Positions 59,966-64,000 of a stretch of 64,000 nt of DNA are shown here, piece by piece. The stretch covers positions 12,727-76,726 of the forward strand of contig JAPLXK010000003.1 in NCBI GenBank assembly GCA_026396095.1, given 5' to 3'. How positions within the stretch are numbered: position 1 is the stretch's first letter; each line of letters opens with the position of its first letter. A model generated the notes under the pieces. That model did no database searches and had not been told where the DNA came from. It saw only the letters and a program-made list of their open reading frames with translations. This DNA is from Candidatus Nealsonbacteria bacterium. GTDB lineage: Bacteria > Patescibacteriota > Minisyncoccia > Minisyncoccales > RBG-13-42-11. Position numbers and translations under genes: made by a program.

Positions 59966-60080
59966 CTCCGCATCGTGAACAACGTTAGAACCATTTTAAC
60001 GAAGCAAGATGGGTATATTTATATTCCAGATTTAAGGGCATTCTCAAGTTTATAATTTACCCCACCCCGCTACTCACTAT
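59966..60080 (+). mobile_element. att-like / recombinase C-terminal remnant, copy C
   Basis: LRIVNNVRTILTKQDGYIYIPDLRAFSSL*; homologous to 2119-2237. Confidence 0.55.
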
Positions 60081-60089
60081 ATATTAAAC

Positions 60090-60112
60090 AAAAACCGCCT
60101 GATTGGCGGTTT
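60090..60112. repeat. palindromic repeat, copy 3
   Basis: AAAAACCGCCTGATTGGCGGTTT, same as 32473. Confidence 0.8.
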
Positions 60113-60123
60113 CCTAAACGGAA

Positions 60124-60150
60124 CTCCAGCCTATAAGACGATGTTAGAAC
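60124..60150 (+). repeat. degenerate att-like motif, copy D
   Basis: CTCCAGCCTATAAGACGATGTTAGAAC vs CTCCGCATCGTGAACAACGTTAGAAC. Confidence 0.45.
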
Positions 60151-60267
60151 TTGTTTGAACTATTATTAAATTCAGATGGTTGACAATATCCTTTGGTCTT
60201 GCTAATTTTAGAATAGAATCACTACGAAAAAGCACTTCTTTGGGTTCCGTCCCTAAGCGGTGCTTTT

Positions 60268-60444
60268 TCATTTATGCCCTAATATACCCCAATCTTTTCT
60301 TAAGATTGTCCATGAACCAAATTTTCTCTTTTGCGACTCTTTGTAGAAGCACAAAACAATCCTCTCTTTAGAAATTTTTCTTACTGCTTCAAAAACCTTT
60401 TTCTGAAAGTAGGTTGTCAGCTTTTTCAATAATTTTTTGGGCAT
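60268..60444 (-). pseudogene. ogt: 5' fragment of an MGMT/Ogt family gene
   Basis: MPKKLLKKLTTYFQKKVFEAVRKISKERIVLCFYKE..., then drifts out of similarity; overlaps the NUDIX 3' end. Confidence 0.6.
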
Positions 60445-60811
60445 TTTTAAAAGTTAATTGCTTTTTAGCTTCTTTGTAATCCAGCCACTTGAATCCAATG
60501 TGCTCTTCGGAAAGATTTATTTTTTCAGTTTTAGTTTCTGCCAAATAAAAAATAACTGTTTTTGAAATTGTTTTTTTCTTCACCGTGAAAAAATATTTAA
60601 TCGATTCTTTGAATCCCTTAATAAAAATAATGTCTTTTATCCCTGTTTCTTCTTCTGTCTCCCTCTTCACAGTTTCGATTTCCTTCTCGCCCTTTTCAAT
60701 ATGTCCCTTAGGAAATTCCCAGTGTCCGGATTGATAGTGCAAAAGAAGGTAAAGTTTTTTACCTTCCTGTTTCCGAAAAATTATTGCTCCTGCTGAATAT
60801 TCTAGAGACAT
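60389..60811 (-). CDS. NUDIX hydrolase (Ap4A hydrolase-like)
   Basis: HWEFPKGH..GE......RETEEETG. Confidence 0.92.
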   Translation of the reverse strand: MSLEYSAGAIIFRKQEGKKLYLLLHYQSGHWEFPKGHIEKGEKEIETVKRETEEETGIKDIIFIKGFKESIKYFFTVKKKTISKTVIFYLAETKTEKINLSEEHIGFKWLDYKEAKKQLTFKNAQKIIEKADNLLSEKGF

Positions 60812-60813
60812 GG

Positions 60814-62538
60814 TTATTTGAAAAATTTCAGGAGCTTTTCTATCGGCTGGCTGTTTATAATATCCTCCTTCTCGGCCCAGCCCCTTCTAGCCTGGGCGAT
60901 TCCCAACTCAATAAATCTCAGATGGCCCTTACTGTGAGAATCTGTATTAATCACCATTTTTACTTTCGCCTCCTTGGCCATGCGGATTCTCTGGTCGTTT
61001 AAATCCAGCCTTTCCGGCCATGAATTTATTTCCAAAATCTTATTATGTTCCTTGGCTGCTTTTAAAACCTTGTCGAAATCAACCAGATATTCGTCTCTTT
61101 TTTTCAGTATCCTTCCGGTAGGGTGGGAGATGATATCAATATTTGGATTTTTTATCGCATTTATAATCCTTTCTGTCATTTCATCCTTTTCCATTTTAAA
61201 GCTGGAATGAACCCCGGCGATAACATAATCCAGCTTGGCCAAGGCTTCGTCTTTTATGTCTGCCGAACCGTCTTTTAAAATGTTTGTTTCGCAGCCCTGA
61301 AGAATCCTGAATTTTTTATTCTCTTTTTTCAGTTTTTCGTTTAACCGGCCTATTTCTTTTCTTTGCGATTCCAGCTTCTTCTCGTCCAAACCGTTCTCTA
61401 TCTTTAAATATTTGGTATGGTCTGAAATCCCTATATATTCATATCCCATGGCCATGGCTGTTTTAGCCGTTTCTTCAATCGAATTTTCTCCTCCGTCCCA
61501 ATCCGAATGGCAATGAAGATCTCCCCTGATCTCATCGTATCCTATAATCTTCGGCAATTCTTTCTTTAGGGCTTTTTCTATTTCTCCCTGGTCTTCCCTT
61601 AATTCCGGCTCTATCCAGGGAAGCCCCAAGACTCTGTAAACTCCCGCTTCGTTCCATCCGGCAATCATTTTCTTTCCCTTAAAAACTCCGTATTCGTTGA
61701 GTTTCAGGCCTTTCTCGATGGCCAGACGCCTGGTGGCAATATTATGCTCTTTTGAACCGGTAAAATACTGCAGGGCTGATCCGTAGCTTTTATTGTGGAC
61801 CGTTCTCAGGTCCACATCAAAACCCTGTTCCAGCCTGATCGAAGATTTGGTCGTTCCCTTCACCCAAACCTTTACTATTCCCGGCAAAGAAACAAAAAAA
61901 TCCATAACTTTTTTTGGATTTTTTGTTGTAATCAAAATATCAACGTCTCCTATGGTTTCCTTCATTCTCCTTACTGAACCGGCAACGCTGATCTGCTCAA
62001 CTTCTTTTAATGTTTTCAGTTTTGTTATTATTTCCTTTACCTCTGGCAAGATTTCCCCCAAGAGAAACCTTCCTTTGCTTTTTTTCAAAAAAGCTATTCC
62101 TTCCAAAATGTTCTTTTCCGTCTTTTCCTTGAAGCCGAATAAAGAAGCGATCTTGTGCCCCTTGGCCGCTTTTTCCAGTTCTTTCAGGTTTTTAATCCCT
62201 AATTTTTGATACAGCGTCTTGGTTTTTCTGGGCCCCAATCCCTCTACGGCAAGCAATTCTTCCAAATCTATCGGCATCTTCTTTTTCAAATCATCATATG
62301 ATTTGATTTTTCCCGTCTTAAGATATTCTTCAATTTTTTCCGCAATATTTTTTCCCACTCCTGGAATTTTTTCCAAGGCCTTGATTCCTCCTTCTCTGTA
62401 AACTTTCTCCACTCCCTCTTCAAGCGACTCCAAGCTCATGGCCACCCTTTGATAAGCAAAGGGCTTGAAAGCCACGTTTTCCATTCTTAGATAATCGGCA
62501 ATTTCGTAAAAAATTTTAGCCAACTCTTGATTTTTCAT
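60814..62538 (-). CDS. polX: DNA polymerase X with PHP domain
   Basis: GSVRR.KETIGDVD, YFTGSKEHN, DLHCHS, TDSH. Confidence 0.95.
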   Translation of the reverse strand: MKNQELAKIFYEIADYLRMENVAFKPFAYQRVAMSLESLEEGVEKVYREGGIKALEKIPGVGKNIAEKIEEYLKTGKIKSYDDLKKKMPIDLEELLAVEGLGPRKTKTLYQKLGIKNLKELEKAAKGHKIASLFGFKEKTEKNILEGIAFLKKSKGRFLLGEILPEVKEIITKLKTLKEVEQISVAGSVRRMKETIGDVDILITTKNPKKVMDFFVSLPGIVKVWVKGTTKSSIRLEQGFDVDLRTVHNKSYGSALQYFTGSKEHNIATRRLAIEKGLKLNEYGVFKGKKMIAGWNEAGVYRVLGLPWIEPELREDQGEIEKALKKELPKIIGYDEIRGDLHCHSDWDGGENSIEETAKTAMAMGYEYIGISDHTKYLKIENGLDEKKLESQRKEIGRLNEKLKKENKKFRILQGCETNILKDGSADIKDEALAKLDYVIAGVHSSFKMEKDEMTERIINAIKNPNIDIISHPTGRILKKRDEYLVDFDKVLKAAKEHNKILEINSWPERLDLNDQRIRMAKEAKVKMVINTDSHSKGHLRFIELGIAQARRGWAEKEDIINSQPIEKLLKFFK

Positions 62539-62547
62539 CTTTAAAAA

Positions 62548-63186
62548 TTAAAGAGGTTTTTCTATTGTGGGCTTATCTATCGGCGGAGTTTTAAAAGCAA
62601 AATGGTCTTTATCAAAAAGGTGGGGACGTACAAAAAGCAGGGCTGTTGAAGATAATATCCCGAAAATTCCGAGCAGAAGAAAAACCGCCTTAAACCCGAA
62701 AGCAGCTGCCAGTATTCCCCCGGCTGCCCCGGCAAATGCAGCGGCAATGCCGATGCCCGTGCTTTCAATGCTCCAGGAAAACGCTTCCCTTCCCTTGTCT
62801 ACGTGGCGGGTAAAAAGCCCGTACCAGGTCGGCACAACGCAAGCCATGGCCAGTCCCCTGAAACACTCTAAAACAAATATGTGCCAGGGCTGGGTGGAAA
62901 AAATATATCCGAAAGGTATCAGGCTGGACATGTACATTCCTGCCACCAAAAAAGCGAAATCGTCTTTTTCTCCGTGGTTTTTATCGAGATAATGGGCGAG
63001 AAAGGGCTGAACTATTGATTTGGTGATCCAATAGGCAGAAGCGACGAAACCGACCATTTTTAGATCTGCTCCCTGGATCTGGGTTGTTAAAAAAACTGCG
63101 AAAATGGGGCCGACAAAACCCCATCCTATCTGAAGCAAAAAATCGGAAACAATCAAGGTTTTGATTACTTTGTTTATTTTAAACAT
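62548..63186 (-). CDS. half-size (6-TM) MFS-like transporter
   Basis: 212 aa, about 6 TM, MFS-like LDKNHG..D and FRGLA motifs. Confidence 0.75.
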   Translation of the reverse strand: MFKINKVIKTLIVSDFLLQIGWGFVGPIFAVFLTTQIQGADLKMVGFVASAYWITKSIVQPFLAHYLDKNHGEKDDFAFLVAGMYMSSLIPFGYIFSTQPWHIFVLECFRGLAMACVVPTWYGLFTRHVDKGREAFSWSIESTGIGIAAAFAGAAGGILAAAFGFKAVFLLLGIFGILSSTALLFVRPHLFDKDHFAFKTPPIDKPTIEKPL

Positions 63187-64000
63187 TTTCTTCTATAAGG
63201 TCTTCTACCTTTGATACCTTGGTTAATAAAGATTTTTTTAATAGGCCTATTCCCAGCCGGAAAAAAAATATTATTCCGGCCAGAGCAAAAATCAATTCCG
63301 CCCCCCTGATGATCATGGTAAAAGCAGCGGCCGTGGAAGCCCCTATGCCTAAAGAATTAAAAGCGAATGTTTGGATCGCCTCATGGCTGCCCAAAGAGGT
63401 GGGAGTAGGAATTGTTGCCGCCAAATAAGAAAAGCCTAGTATTGATAAGGATTCCAAGGGCCCGAAACTTTTACCCAAAAAAAGAATCAAAACCCAAGCC
63501 CTTAAATAGGTAATTCCTGATTTTAAAAAAGAAATTCCTAAGCCCTTCCATATTGCTGATTTTTTAAAATCAAAAAAATCAAAAACCTCTTTTTCTGTTT
63601 CAAAGGGCTGGTTTTTATTGTTTCTCAAAAAAAACCCTATGATGCTCTCTTTTTTGATGCATTTGAAATAAAATAATCCTAGAGCAATAAAAATCAATAA
63701 AAATGATCCGCCAAAAATTGCCAGTAAGTTAAGCGGAGGAAAATCAACCAGAAAAACAAAAAATATGCTGCCCGTAAAGATAATTATCAAATTGGTGGTC
63801 CATTCCAAGATCCTGTCAATAATCACCGAACCCATTCCCTTTGGCCAGGGAACAGAATTTTTCTCTTTTAAAACATATCCCCGGAAAAGCTCTCCTCCCC
63901 AGAAAATAATCGGCGCTAAAAACATCAAAGAAAAACCGGCCAGATAGGATTTAAAAAGTTCAAAAAAGGGGACATTCACGCCCCTGCTTTTTAAAATCTC
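63179..64000 (-). CDS. lysylphosphatidylglycerol synthase TM / flippase-like protein (5' end outside the window)
   Basis: GGELFR, SVIIDR, PTPTSLGSHE. Confidence 0.8.
   Translation of the reverse strand, partial: EILKSRGVNVPFFELFKSYLAGFSLMFLAPIIFWGGELFRGYVLKEKNSVPWPKGMGSVIIDRILEWTTNLIIIFTGSIFFVFLVDFPPLNLLAIFGGSFLLIFIALGLFYFKCIKKESIIGFFLRNNKNQPFETEKEVFDFFDFKKSAIWKGLGISFLKSGITYLRAWVLILFLGKSFGPLESLSILGFSYLAATIPTPTSLGSHEAIQTFAFNSLGIGASTAAAFTMIIRGAELIFALAGIIFFFRLGIGLLKKSLLTKVSKVEDLIEENV

Noticed and set aside
1894-60150. CRISPR array or integron attC array
   Set aside because: The repeats are few and irregularly spaced, with no constant-length spacers, cas genes or integrase.
60180-60371. 63-aa plus-strand ORF
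   Set aside because: No SD or motif; it spans a terminator hairpin and the antisense of the ogt fragment.

Overview
AT-rich bacterial chromosome segment, most consistent with a Patescibacteria/CPR (Parcubacteria-like) genome: compact genes, many core genes with no SD, and alpha2-type GlyRS. About 9.6-59.8 kb and 60.4-64 kb are housekeeping: clpB, comEC, ftsZ/ftsA, six aminoacyl-tRNA synthetases, topA, tRNA-Leu(CAA), murA/yvcK/glmS, iorAB, smpB-tmRNA, infC-rpmI-rplT, purC, purF and polX. The first ~9.5 kb and 59.8-60.4 kb are accessory or scarred DNA. Main observations not explained by the ORF track: (1) an orphan ~170-nt structured RNA between pth and dprA, with a perfect sigma70 promoter, a 27-bp basal helix and its own terminator; (2) an NYN ribonuclease gene preceded by a separately promoted, terminated cUUCGg hairpin RNA, inside a 1.1-kb segment bounded by 41-bp direct repeats (type III TA-like layout); (3) four copies of an att-like 'recombinase-tail' motif, one fused to the 3' half of a split ogt/MGMT gene; (4) a DGR-target-like gene with an NNC-rich 3' end but no RT or template in the window; (5) several proteins and RNAs with altered catalytic or signature motifs. 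No CRISPR array, intact integrase, transposase or reverse transcriptase was seen. All family assignments come from motif recognition by eye; no database searches were run.
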